A stretch of DNA of 47,115 nucleotides from Octopus bimaculoides (Eukaryota). The stretch is taken from contig NC_068983.1 of NCBI RefSeq assembly GCF_001194135.2, forward strand, positions 2,639,548-2,686,662, given 5' to 3'. Positions 36,040-47,115 of this stretch are shown one piece after another. The position numbers and the translations under genes were made by a program. Below the pieces are notes generated by a model. That model worked only from the letters and a program-made list of their open reading frames with translations. It had not been told where the DNA came from and did no database searches. Numbering within the stretch: position 1 is the first letter of the stretch; each line of letters starts with the position of its first letter.

Positions 36040-36670
36040 AGGTATAATTTACAGCAACGCGAGATGATATCATAATGGATAAGAAGAGCTACATCGGGTT
36101 ATGTGAAGGTGATTCAAAACTCTCTATGCTAAACACATATCTCCCTTCCGACACAGGGACAAAAGTAAAGCCATTTAGTTGGCTAGCCATGTATGGGTTT
36201 GAAAGTCTAACGCCACGCCACATAACAATCAAGTGGAAAAGTCCACACCATATGGCAACGGATCTAGTAAGTAAACTATGTGCAATTCAAAGGTCTAAGA
36301 TCCTCTTCAGATCTGAGAACTCCACTGCACTGCTGAATTCTAGATCTGAAATTTTCAACACATGTAAATACGTGAATAAGTTTCTGTTGGCGAATTGAAA
36401 AAAAAAAAAACACCATCCTGTCTGGATTGAGCAACTGTACCGCAGACTCTAGGCCGCTGTCTATTCAACCTTATGACTTTACGGTCAAAGGGACATAACT
36501 CTATTTTCAATTTTCTTTTTTGTTTTCGGGTGTTTTCAATCTTCCACCTTTTACATCTAATTTCATCTTACCTTTTATCGTATCTTATCTCGTCCTATAT
36601 TCCTGTTGTAGTTTGTTATGCCTTGTGGGAAGAGCCCGAGGATTGCATGAAGGCAACAAACGTGTTATTA
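36040..36670 (+). mobile_element. Penelope-like element 3' end: GIY-YIG endonuclease remnant plus decayed hammerhead
   Basis: KKSYIGLCEG; shifted frame YAKHISPFRHRDKSK..LASHVW; then ITIKWK, KILFRSEN and LNSRSEIFNTCKYVNKFLLAN*. ccgagga-ttgc-atgaag-gcaa-caaac at 36636-36661. Confidence 0.8.
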
Positions 36671-36949
36671 AATGCTATGCGATTTACTTTTTCATCACAT
36701 GGAACTATAAGTAGCTAAAAATATATATACTGTGTTTATTAAATGAAATTTATCTCTCACCAGATGGAGTATATTGTTGTGTTCACCTTACCATCAGAGA
36801 ACAGTGCAATATACATATGTATGTATGCATGTATGTATGTATGTATGTATGTATGTATGCATGTATGTATGTATGTGTGCGTGTGTGCGTGTGTGAGTGT
36901 GTATTTATCAGTGTATCATTCTATCGATCAGACTATAAGATGTTGTTAT

Positions 36950-37330
36950 ACATTGCTGGTCAGAAATCGTGCCCATTTCTTCCAAAACCCACTAGTCTCA
37001 CATCGCTTAACTAAATCATCTTCCGATCGATGTGGACGCCTTGCATGTTGCATCAGAGAACTCGCAGGAATCGATCCATAGTAAATAGTGATATGGCTAT
37101 TGTTCAAAACAATATGTGGAAAGGTGTGCCTCTCAGTTGGAGGATTGAAAAGGCATGTCAAACGGGTTCATACTGTGGCACCTGTTCCTTCCTATGCGAG
37201 CCAGCATAGATGTGCCTTATCTAGAAGAATGTGCAAAACATTCGCCGGGCTCAAGAGTCATACAAGGGCTTCACATTGCATCAACATTGACTCATTTCAG
37301 TGACTCTTTCTAGCAATCCGAGAAACCAGA
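36950..37330 (+). mobile_element. RTE-like LINE 3' end with two decayed C2H2-type zinc fingers
   Basis: SSDRCGR (the A(S/T)DRxxWR motif of RTE C-termini) then (C)TICGKVCLSVGGLKRHVKRVH..HRCALSRRMCKTFAGLKSHTRA, followed by (TATG)n. Confidence 0.6.
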
Positions 37331-37354
37331 TGAATGTATGTATGTATGTATGTA

Positions 37355-37470
37355 TGTATGGACGGATGTATAGGACGGCTTTTAGATTCCGTTTACCAAA
37401 TCAGCTCACAAGGCCTTACTTTGACCGAGGCTATGGAAAGAGATATGCGCTGGCACGTTGCAGTCAGAAG
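37355..37470 (-). mobile_element. Degenerate family B SINE 5' half
   Basis: ttccgtttaccaaatcagctcacaaggcctt..gaccgaggctat matches 24975-25040. Confidence 0.7.
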
Positions 37471-37906
37471 AATGAATAAATCAGTGATTTTAGGAGAAAA
37501 ATAGTTTTTTTAATTCATATATTGTGCAGAACTAGAAAAGTAATTGTATTGAAATTGGAACAGAATTGCGACAAATAAGTTTAGCAGTTTATGAGGAGAA
37601 GCTTCAGTGGAGAAAGAATCGAATGTTTTAAAATACAACAGTTTCATAGTCTACGAGAAGTAAAGTGTATATTCGTGTATATACATGCACACACATATGC
37701 GTGTATATACGTAACTCTACACACACCTATTCACACACACACACCTATACATGCACTCATACATACATACATACATACATACATGCATACATACATACAT
37801 ACATACATGCATACATACATATGTATACATGTCTGGTTGGTTGGCGGGCTATATGTCCGTCTGTGTATCTGTATGTATGTATGTAATATGGCCGCCTCTT
37901 CATTTT

Positions 37907-37939
<33 letters not shown>

Positions 37940-38367
37940 NNNNNNNNNNNNNNNNNNNNNNNNNNNNNNNNNNNNNNNNNNNNNNNNNNNNNNNNNNNNN
38001 NNNNNNNNNNNNNNNNNNNNNNNNNNNNNNNNNNNNNNNNNNNNNNNNNNNNNNNNNNNNNNNNNNNNNNNNNNNNNNNNNNNNNNNNNNNNNNNNNNNN
38101 NNNNNNNNNNNNNNNNNNNNNNNNNNNNNNNNNNNNNNNNNNNNNNNNNNNNNNNNNNNNNNNNNNNNNNNNNNNNNNNNNNNNNNNNNNNNNNNNNNNN
38201 NNNNNNNNNNNNNNNNNNNNNNNNNNNNNNNNNNNNNNNNNNNNNNNNNNNNNNNNNNNNNNNNNNNNNNNNNNNNNNNNNNNNNNNNNNNNNNNNNNNN
38301 NNNNNNNNNNNNNNNNNNNNNNNNNNNNNNNNNNNNNNNNNNNNNNNNNNNNNNNNNNNNNNNNNNN

Positions 38368-38410
<43 letters not shown>

Positions 38411-38893
38411 GATTTAATGGCCGCATGCAATAACAGTATTGGCTTTTCCGTCCAATCAAGCCATGATCCTCATAAACTTTACAGCTTCCATGGATGCATA
38501 CAAATTCCTAATGATATCACTTATCTGAACTATCTTCGCCAACTTGCTGCCTTAATTTTATTGTTAATCTCCTAAAGCAGAGCCCTTTAATACCGAATAT
38601 TTGCATTTAGAAAGATCTTATTTGAATTCCTCAAGTTTTCGTTCTTTTCTTTTATTTTCTGGTGTTGTTTTTATGACGCTGTCTGAGAGAATAAAATCGG
38701 TATCTATCTCTTATGTCTTTCAGCTGCCCGCTGATGACGGTGACGAAGGAGAACACGATCGTCTTCGCACACGGACACGGACACGGACACAGACACACAC
38801 ACACGCACACACATACACACTCACATATACATATACATATATTTATACTTATATACCAACATAGAACACATACATATTTACATGTATAGATAA

Positions 38894-38972
<79 letters not shown>

Positions 38973-39254
38973 TACATATATTAAATTGTATTATATTAGT
39001 ATAATATATATTTTATATTATGTTACATTATACATTACAAACATACTTATATACATATATAAATGTATATATTGTTTCTTATAAAAAATGTATATATATT
39101 GTTTCTTATAAAATGTAAAATTGCTTCTTATAAAAAATGNNNNNNNNNNAAAATGTAAAATTGCTTCTTATAAAAAATGTATATATATTGTTTCTTATAA
39201 AATGTAAAATTGTTTCTTATTAAAAAAAAAATTGGTTCTTATGTTTGGCGACTT

Positions 39255-40295
39255 TTGAATCACTCTGTATTACCAGACAGGTAAATTAAGAAATACATTG
39301 ATGACGATATGTATAAATACTTAATATAAATTCTGGAAATAGACCGAACGAAAGATAAAGAAATGATATCACAGGAATATAAACGGAGCCTGAAACTGGT
39401 GTCAAAGACAAAAGTAAACGGTAGGAATAAGATGGTGGCTGTCAACACATTGGCCGTTACAGCTATAAGGTATAACGGTGGTGTGATAGAGTGGAGAAGT
39501 GAACTTAAGAAAGACCAGGAAAATGATGACACTGCAAGGGGCTCTACACCACCAAAATGACATGGACAGTTTATATCTATCGCAAGAGAGAGGAGGTCTC
39601 GTTAGCTGTGAATTGTGTGTGAAGTCTGAGGAAAATAATCTGGTATGGTATGTATTGAATTCAAAGGAGAAATTGATGGAAGGTGTAAGAAAGATAAAAC
39701 TTCCAAGCAGTGATGAAACAAAGGAAAGGGGAGAATTTAAACAAGACAGACAGGATGACATCTTGAATAGGTGGAAAGAAAAAAATGCAGGAAATGGCTG
39801 AAATACTTGACAAATATAAGATCTGGGATTGGACTAGGAAAAGCAACTTGACTGTTGGAACTGAAGCCTTATCTTCGCATCTCGAGAATAAGCACTGAGA
39901 ACGAACTACATCAAGTTCAGCCTTGACAACTCATTGACTTCTTTCTCACTTTGTGGGTTGTATGTTGGAAAAAGTGAAGCAATAAACCACATTAATAGTG
40001 AAAGTAAGATGCTTGCACAAAAACGCACAAGAGAAAGCACGATAACATTGCCAGATTGGTTCACTGGAAGCTCTGACATGGACAGAATTGAAAAATGGTA
40101 TGAAACCAACCGTTAAGGGTTGCTGAAAATGACCAATGTAAGATCTTCTGGGACATGGCTATCCAGTGTGACCACAATCTTATTGTAGCTAGAAAAGCTG
40201 ACATTGGTGTAGAAAAGAACAAAGCAACTATTATGGATATTGCTTCACCGTGGAACGACAGGGTGAATGAGAAGTAAAGTGATGAAGTAGAGAAA
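39255..40295 (+). mobile_element. R4/Dong-like RLE LINE remnant (post-RT thumb to endonuclease)
   Basis: EYKRSLKLVSKTKVNGRNKMVAVNTLAV; RKTRKMMTLQGALHHQNDMDSLYLSQERGGLVSCELCVKSEEN; NDQCKIFWDMAIQCDH..ARKADI..IMDIASPWNDRVNEK. Confidence 0.88.
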
Positions 40296-41601
40296 CACAA
40301 ATTCAGCTAATCATGAGTTTAAGATGGCAGCTTCAAAAGATATTAAATGTCAACGGTCCAGAAGTTAATTCTCGTAAGATATTTTGATTAGCAATAACCG
40401 ACAGACTTCCCCTTTGGATGCAGATTTCGAAAATCAAATCTTTCTCTAAGAGTCCGTTTCAGTGAGATATGCTCATGCATACACTGGAAGTTGTATACTT
40501 GATTATAAGTTATATATGTGTGTGTGTATGTGTGTGTGTTACACACACACACATTTATATANNNNNNNNNNNNNNNNNNNNNNNNNNNNNNNNNNNNNNN
40601 NNNNNNNNNNNNNNNNNNNNNNNNNNNNNNNNNNNNNNNNNNNNNNNNNNNNNNNNNNNNNNNNNNNNNNNNNNNNNNNNNNNNNNNNNNNNNNNNNNNN
40701 NNNNNNNNNNNNNNNNNNNNNNNNNNNNNNNNNNNNNNNNNNNNNNNNNNNNNNNNNNNNNNNNNNNNNNNNNNNNNNNNNNNNNNNNNNNNNNNNNNNN
40801 NNNNNNNNNNNNNNNNNNNNNNNNNNNNNNNNNNNNNNNNNNNNNNNNNNNNNNNNNNNNNNNNNNNNNNNNNNNNNNNNNNNNNNNNNNNNNNNNNNNN
40901 NNNNNNNNNNNNNNNNNNNNNNNNNNNNNNNNNNNNNNNNNNNNNNNNNNNNNNNNNNNNNNNNNNNNNNNNNNNNNNNNNNNNNNNNNNNNNNNNNNNN
41001 NNNNNNNNNNNNNNNNNNNNNNNNNNNNNNNNNNNNNNNNNNNNNNNNNNNNNNNNNNNNNNNNNNNNNNNNNNNNNNNNNNNNNNNNNNNNNNNNNNNN
41101 NNNNNNNNNNNNNNNNNNNNNNNNNNNNNNNNNNNNNNNNNNNNNNNNNNNNNNNNNNNNNNNNNNNNNNNNNNNNNNNNNNNNNNNNNNNNNNNNNNNN
41201 NNNNNNNNNNNNNNNNNNNNNNNNNNNNNNNNNNNNNNNNNNNNNNNNNNNNNNNNNNNNNNNNNNNNNNNNNNNNNNNNNNNNNNNNNNNNNNNNNNNN
41301 NNNNNNNNNNNNNNNNNNNNNNNTATATATATATATATATATATACATACGTACATACAGATACACACACCCGTCCATCCATCCACACACACATACATAC
41401 ATACATACATACATACATACATACATACATACATACATACATGGAAGGTGTGTCTCCCAAAAGTATTTCTTGGCTCAGATGAAACATTCCGAGAATGAAA
41501 CAAAACAAGGACTCTTTACGTTACACTTAAACTCTGAGTGAAGACTCAAACAACATTTACAACCACAACAAGGACCCCGTGGAAAAATCATTAATAGAAG
41601 C

Positions 41602-41646
<45 letters not shown>

Positions 41647-41656
41647 NNNNNNNNNN

Positions 41657-41702
<46 letters not shown>

Positions 41703-42379
41703 CACTCTCGTCTGTGTGTCTGTATGTGTTTATGTATCTATGTATGCATATACGTATACAAGCAACAAACACGCTAATACGGACAATAGAAAAGAGATAA
41801 TAATACTATTACTAATAATAATAATAGTAAAATAACGTCACATCTTCTTCGTAAGCTATGCTCTTTCGTACGGAAGACGTATCACTCAACGCGCCATTTT
41901 GCTATTCAATGGAAACTTTTAAAAGCATTGAAAATTCTAAACGACATTACGTTGCAATGTTGCAAGTCTTTTAACAACAACTACAACAAAATAATCTTTG
42001 AAAATGGAAATTGTTAATGGCTTTCCTGGTCGATAAATGGTTCCAATGACAAGACGAGTAAATATTACATTCAATAATGCCACATACAAAATACCGATTT
42101 CAAAAGAAATAAAATTGATTCATAAGAGAGCAACTGTTGTACTTTTACAAATGTTAATATTACTGTTACGGCAGTGGCATCTACTACTACTACTACTACT
42201 ACTATTACTACTTCTTCCGCTGTTATGATTAATGATGATCATGTTGATGGTCAGGATGATGATGATCGTGATCAGCATGGTCACAGGACGATACAGTGTG
42301 ACTTTATATATAAACAAAAAAGTGTAAACAATCGAAAGAAGAAAAACAAAATATTCAAAAACGAAAATTCCCTAATTTG

Positions 42380-43390
42380 AGGGGAGCCTTCTCGGGGCTA
42401 CTCGGGAAATCCCCACTAAAACCACGCTCGCATTAAGACAGAGCGCCTTTTTCCAGCTATGTGCCTCCAGTCTACAGACGCAAGCTCAGAACTGACCCAT
42501 TCATTCGGACCATCCCAGCCACTCTCATCCTCCTTTCAACAAACTGACTGGAAGGTAATCCTTTCCCAATTCTCTCTTTCTAAGTGAAACCTGAAAAAAT
42601 TTTCGAGGAAGACGCCCATCTTTAATTCTTTCTGTTTCGCCCACCACAAAAGCTCTTCCGCGTTTAAGCGACCAGAAAGAAAGAGGAAACATGACAGAAG
42701 AAATCTACTGACTCAAAGAATTTTGGAGATTTTGAAAGAAGTAGATTGAAAAGGAGTGCAATACCAACCTAGACTCCACCGCCATCACCATCACATGCAG
42801 CCTAGAGCCCAGCCAAACACAACCTAGTGTTCAGCCAAACCGGTTTTCATATGACTCCATTATGACAATTGTCCTGCTGTCTTGCTTTGACCGGGAATCT
42901 TAGGGAGCTTTTAACTCTTCGTATAGAAATGGTTCCCCTTCCTCGTTGCAGGACATATCTGAAGGATCTGAGGCGGGGAGGGGAATGTCTTTCAGTGTTG
43001 CGTTGGCGTTGAGAGAATTTGCTGCCGACGTTTGTGATGCTTTCCTCTTGCTATTGTTCTTGTTTTTATGAGAGTTCTATTACTGTTTCGGTTGGTGCTG
43101 CAACATGTTGTTGTTGTTATTCTTGCGACTTCTGCTACTGAATATATTCTTGCAGTTGTTGTTGCTGTTGTTTGTATTGCTATCGTCCCACACTAATATT
43201 GCTGTTGTTTATTTTGTGGCGTCTGCAGCTATGAGTTGGGGGTTTCCATTCATTTCCCATCTTTTGTAGACAAATACCTAGGAATGGTTGGCCGCACCAC
43301 ACATGTAACACTTTGGCCTTCTGCTCTCTACAGACACAATCAAATTGGTGCTATTGTTCCGCTCGATTAGGTTGGGGATCTATAACACTT
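42380..43390 (-). mobile_element. Tx1/L1-like LINE remnant: ORF1 knuckle close to the ORF2 C-terminus and 3' UTR
   Basis: VSVESRRPKCYMCGAANH (CCHC knuckle) at about 43270-43340; WWARQKELK..NFFRFHL, LKGG/KRRMRV and RMNGSVL at 42490-42670; 3' UTR similar to 44480-44540. Confidence 0.6.
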
Positions 43391-43479
43391 CCATTCGCTA
43401 ATCGTTAATTTACGTACGATGGGATGGAAAGGAACTTTTCACTTTTAATTGGGTTTCTTAGCACTTTCTCGCTTCAAAG

Positions 43480-43995
43480 TTAGGTTATGGTGATTGTTTG
43501 GTGGTGTACTGCTGGACTCATCCACTATAACTTCTTAAAACCCGGAAAAACCATTACTGCAGAAACATACTGCCATGAAGTTGCCAAAATGAACGAAAAA
43601 CTGCTACTCTCCATCCCAGACTGGTCAACAGAAAAGGGCCAATCATTCTTCATGACAATGCTCGACCACTCGTTTCACTAATGACGCTCCAGAAGTTGAG
43701 GGAACTTGGCTACGAAGTTTTTTCCCCTTCCCAGCTTTTTTCCCCAGAGCTTTCTTTTACCTTCATGGTTTCCTGCGAGGGAAGGAGTTCAAAAATTAAA
43801 CCGATGCTGAAAATGCATTCAAAGAGTTCATCAGCTCCAGAACTCCAGATTTTTATGTTACTGGAATAAACAAACTTGTAACTCGTTGGCAAAAATCTGT
43901 TGATTGCAATGGTGTTTACTTTGACGAATAAAACTTCCGCATTTTTTTAATATATCGTGTTTCAAAACGTTGCTTAATTTTTACTCAGCCTGATA
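43480..43995 (+). mobile_element. mariner remnant (3' half with terminal repeat), same family as 14700-15551
   Basis: MVIVWWCTAGLIHYNFLKPGKTITAETYCHEVAKMNEKLL; frameshifted LHDNARP; MTLQKLRELGYEV. Terminal repeat tttcaaaacgttgcttaatttttactcagcctga|TA. Confidence 0.9.
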
Positions 43996-44429
43996 ACTCG
44001 CTGGCAGTTGCGCTTTTGTTGTTGTTAAATGAACTGCTATTGGTTGTCTGCTCTTGTAGTGAAAGTGGTGTGTTGTTGTTGTTGGTGGTGGCGGCGGCGG
44101 CGGNNNNNNNNNNNNNNNNNNNNNNNNNNNNNNNNNNNNNNNNNNNNNNNNNNNNNNNNNNNNNNNNNNNNNNNNNNNNNNNNNNNNNNNNNNNNNNNNN
44201 NNNNNNNNNNNNNNNNNNNNNNNNNNNNNNNNNNNNNNNNNNNNNNNNNNNNNNNNNNNNNNNNNGTTATGCTTTTGTGGTTGCCTCCTTCTTTTAGTCT
44301 TTGAACGGTTTCACTCGTAGAACCGCAGCCATGCTGGCGCACCGCTTTCGTTACGTATTGTTGTTGTTGTTGTTGCCAGTGCTATTGTCAATACTGGTTT
44401 TATTGTTGCCGTTACTGTCACACACTGCT

Positions 44430-44665
44430 ATAATGGTGGTGGTGTTTAAAGAGGTTATTGTCCTTTTCATTCTGTTGGTCAGGCACCCGTGGCTTTTGTG
44501 GTCTTTTCTGCGAGTAGCCGTAAAGTGCCTCCCCCTATTGGGAGTTTTATTTGTTTAATTTTCTATGTTATCTTTTGTTCACAAGCTTTGAAAACCCGTT
44601 TGTATCCTCCTGTCTTTGTATCTTCGTGTAACTTTATGTAAGCCCTTGTGGCCAATAACAGAATT
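44430..44665 (+). mobile_element. Probable Tx1/L1-like LINE 3' UTR
   Basis: cgtggcttttgtgg..cgagtagccg..ctcccct is shared with the reverse complement of 42380-42450; ends gtaagcccttgtggccaataa. Confidence 0.45.
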
Positions 44666-45057
44666 GTGTTGTGTACCGCCGTTACTGCTTCATGTCATCC
44701 CCCCACCACACTACCAATGGGAGTAGTGAAAGGAAGCTGTGAGGAATTATTTATGTATCGGCTATTCCAACAACTGTTCACACACTCTTTTTCGGCGTCA
44801 TGTTTTTGTTTTGTTTTAAAAAATTGGTTATTTAGCAAATTCTGCCACGAAGGGACAAAGAGAAGCGGAACTAACCGGTTCCTTAAGATTCTCATCAATT
44901 TAGGAACAAAACAGAAGAAAACATTGTTTTGTTTTTTTTTAGTGCAGACTTTTAAAACGCTGTTAACACAAATAATGCTTGTGAGTAATTCAATACAATA
45001 ACAATAATAATTGTTTCATTTATTCTCCACAAGGATTTTTATGTGTGTGTGAATGTG

Positions 45058-45104
<47 letters not shown>

Positions 45105-45110
<6 letters not shown>

Positions 45111-45235
45111 AACACAGCTTGACAACTGGTGTTGGTTTGTTTACATCCCCATAATCCAGCAGTTCGGCAAAAGAGACCAATAAGATAAATAGCCTGCTTT
45201 AGAAACAGAGATCGGTTTGTTCAACTAAACCCTTC
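45105..45235 (+). mobile_element. Family B SINE 3' half
   Basis: gcttgacaactggtgttggtttgtttacatcccc..gttcggcaaaagagaccaataag, following (TG)n. Confidence 0.8.
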
Positions 45236-45639
45236 GTGAAAGCCTTTTGTCCAACCCATAATGTTTCTGTTTGCTTCTGGTCACGCAACCCGGTTCTTCT
45301 GCACGTGGGAATCTTCGCTGAAGATTTTATTACCTGAAATTTTAAAACTGAGATTTTTAATTTGAGATTTTAAAATGGCAATTTAAAGATTACGATTTTA
45401 ACTATTTAATATTTTGCTTTGGGTTTAAAAATTAAGATTTCAGATTTCAGATTTTAAGACTGAGAATTTCAGATTAATAATATAAAACAGGAATTGTAAT
45501 ATTGTTTCTTTTCTTATACATCAAAGTGGTTCCGTTACATATATTATAGTACAACCAAGACCTAAATCGAACTCTGGTACAACACTCCTTCGCAACAGGA
45601 GGATCGGTAAGTTCAACAGAGCATCATACGCAATATTTT

Positions 45640-46110
45640 GCAGTTCCGTGAGTTTACGTTTTGAGTTCAAATCTCGCCGAGGTCCATTTTTTATTTTTCC
45701 ATCCTCCGATCGATAGCCAGTCTTGTATTTCCGATCGCTTAAGTCGCACCAATATGACAGCATATAAAGGCAGTGAGCTGGCAGAAGTGTTAGCACGCCG
45801 GGCGAAACGCTTTGCGGGTATTTCGTCTGTCTTTATGTTCTGAGTTCAAATTCCGCCGAGGTCGACTTTGCCTTTCAAAAACAAACAGAGAAACGAGACA
45901 TGCAACAACGAATATTCCCTTCATAAGTTGTCCCCTGTTATAATAGTTTGACGAACTAAGATCCAGTTGTTAGAGTTAGATAAGAGCTTGGACTCACGAT
46001 TGTAACGTAGGGGGTACAATTCCCAGGCTTGGTGACATGTTATCTTTTTGAGCAACGCACATTATTTCCTGTTGCTCTAATTTACTGACCAGAAAATAAG
46101 TAGCAGCCTA
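45640..46110 (+). mobile_element. SINE cluster: family A fragments (45640-45720, 45767-45878) and a degenerate family C copy (45970-46110)
   Basis: ggcagtgagctggcagaagtgttagcacgccgggcgaaac..gagttcaaattccgccgaggtcgactttgcctttca; cttggactcacgattgtaac..ttgagcaacgcac. Confidence 0.8.
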
Positions 46111-47075
46111 GTGCAGACACATCCCCCTCTCTCTCCCTCCAGTGGTCACTCACATCCTCAATATTGTGCTAGGTCAAAGGCAGAACGACCTAGAACATGT
46201 TTATGTCTGCCTGTGGCTATGCAGACAACTAAAACAATATCCGAAGACGTGGTACCCTCTTTCAAGTCATACACGCTGGCTATTGTTACTAAGATTTAAT
46301 AAAGAATTGCAGCGTCAGCTTATTGGCTTATGCCATTATAAAGCCTGTAGACAGCAGCTTACAGTGATTAACATACTGTTTCTTTATAACAGATCGAAAC
46401 AACGAGACGAAACTAAAACCATCCACTTCCGTTGTGGGTTAGATATTGTTATAGTCGGATGGTGGCTTATATGTTAGTCGCTGCATCTTACATTACAGAA
46501 TGTACGACTAGTTATGGTTGTGTAAATATGTTATATGGAGAAAAGATAAACACGAAAAGTTTTGTGAACTAACAAGGCAAGAGCAATAATTGACTAGACA
46601 CATTAGCGAGTCATCGACATTACAAGCAGATCTAACTCAATAGAACACTTGATTAATACGCTCGGCAAGTGTCTTTCTGCTTAATTTAATAGCATGCATA
46701 ATTTACATATTTTCATAATATTATTCTCTGCAACAGTTCTTCCAGAAAAATCAATAGACATAGCTCCAGTCCATTTCGTCTGCTGTTGAATCCCAAACCG
46801 GGTGTAAAACTGTAAGATCTTATTTGCAGGTCAGAACTAATGGTGAAGAAATCCATATGGTTCTTGTGAACTCACATAATTTCATTGAAATAACATAAAA
46901 TTATTCTGTTTTCCAGGCATAAAATAATAAATGAATAAATGAACCACAGGCTACCAAAACTTGATCAATTTGTCGATGTTAAAACTTCATAACATTTGCA
47001 TACTATAGTTGTATCCCAGCAAGTCAAACATGTCTGTCTATCTATCTATATATCTATTTATCTATATCTATATCT

Positions 47076-47115
<40 letters not shown>

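Noticed and set aside
39060-39225. Duplicated AT-rich unit on both sides of a 10-N gap
   Set aside because: Probably an unmerged contig overlap or a short AT minisatellite; not interpretable.
45526-45606. Plus-strand exon-like segment with donor cg|gtaagt, and similar isolated donors at 10786, 10880, 21475 and 26299
   Set aside because: Isolated splice-like sites are common in AT-rich DNA, and no coherent plus-strand gene links them.

Overview
AT-rich, microsatellite-dense eukaryotic DNA with many N gaps. It starts and ends in (TA)n, so it is probably a whole short-read scaffold. The SINE and LINE families look like those of an octopod cephalopod, probably Octopus (inferred from recalled repeat families, not a database hit). 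Most of the window is decayed mobile DNA: three tRNA-derived SINE families, four R4/Dong-like RLE LINE remnants, Tx1/L1-like, RTE-like and Penelope-like (GIY-YIG) remnants, four mariner remnants and a pogo/Tigger-type MITE. Nearly all long entries in the ORF track are artefacts of N runs or microsatellites. No complete host gene is identifiable. The best host-gene evidence is on the minus strand: a clean 135-nt phase 1/1 exon at 5444-5578, weakly resembling B4GALNT1/2-type glycosyltransferases, and an orphan 149-aa ORF at 10333-10782 with one predicted membrane helix. The most distinctive non-coding signal is a recurring set of minimal hammerhead-ribozyme-like motifs. One has an almost intact core (7964-8040), and others occur as inverted pairs or beside Penelope-like remnants. 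I cannot support a claim of a new biological system; the findings are leads to test.
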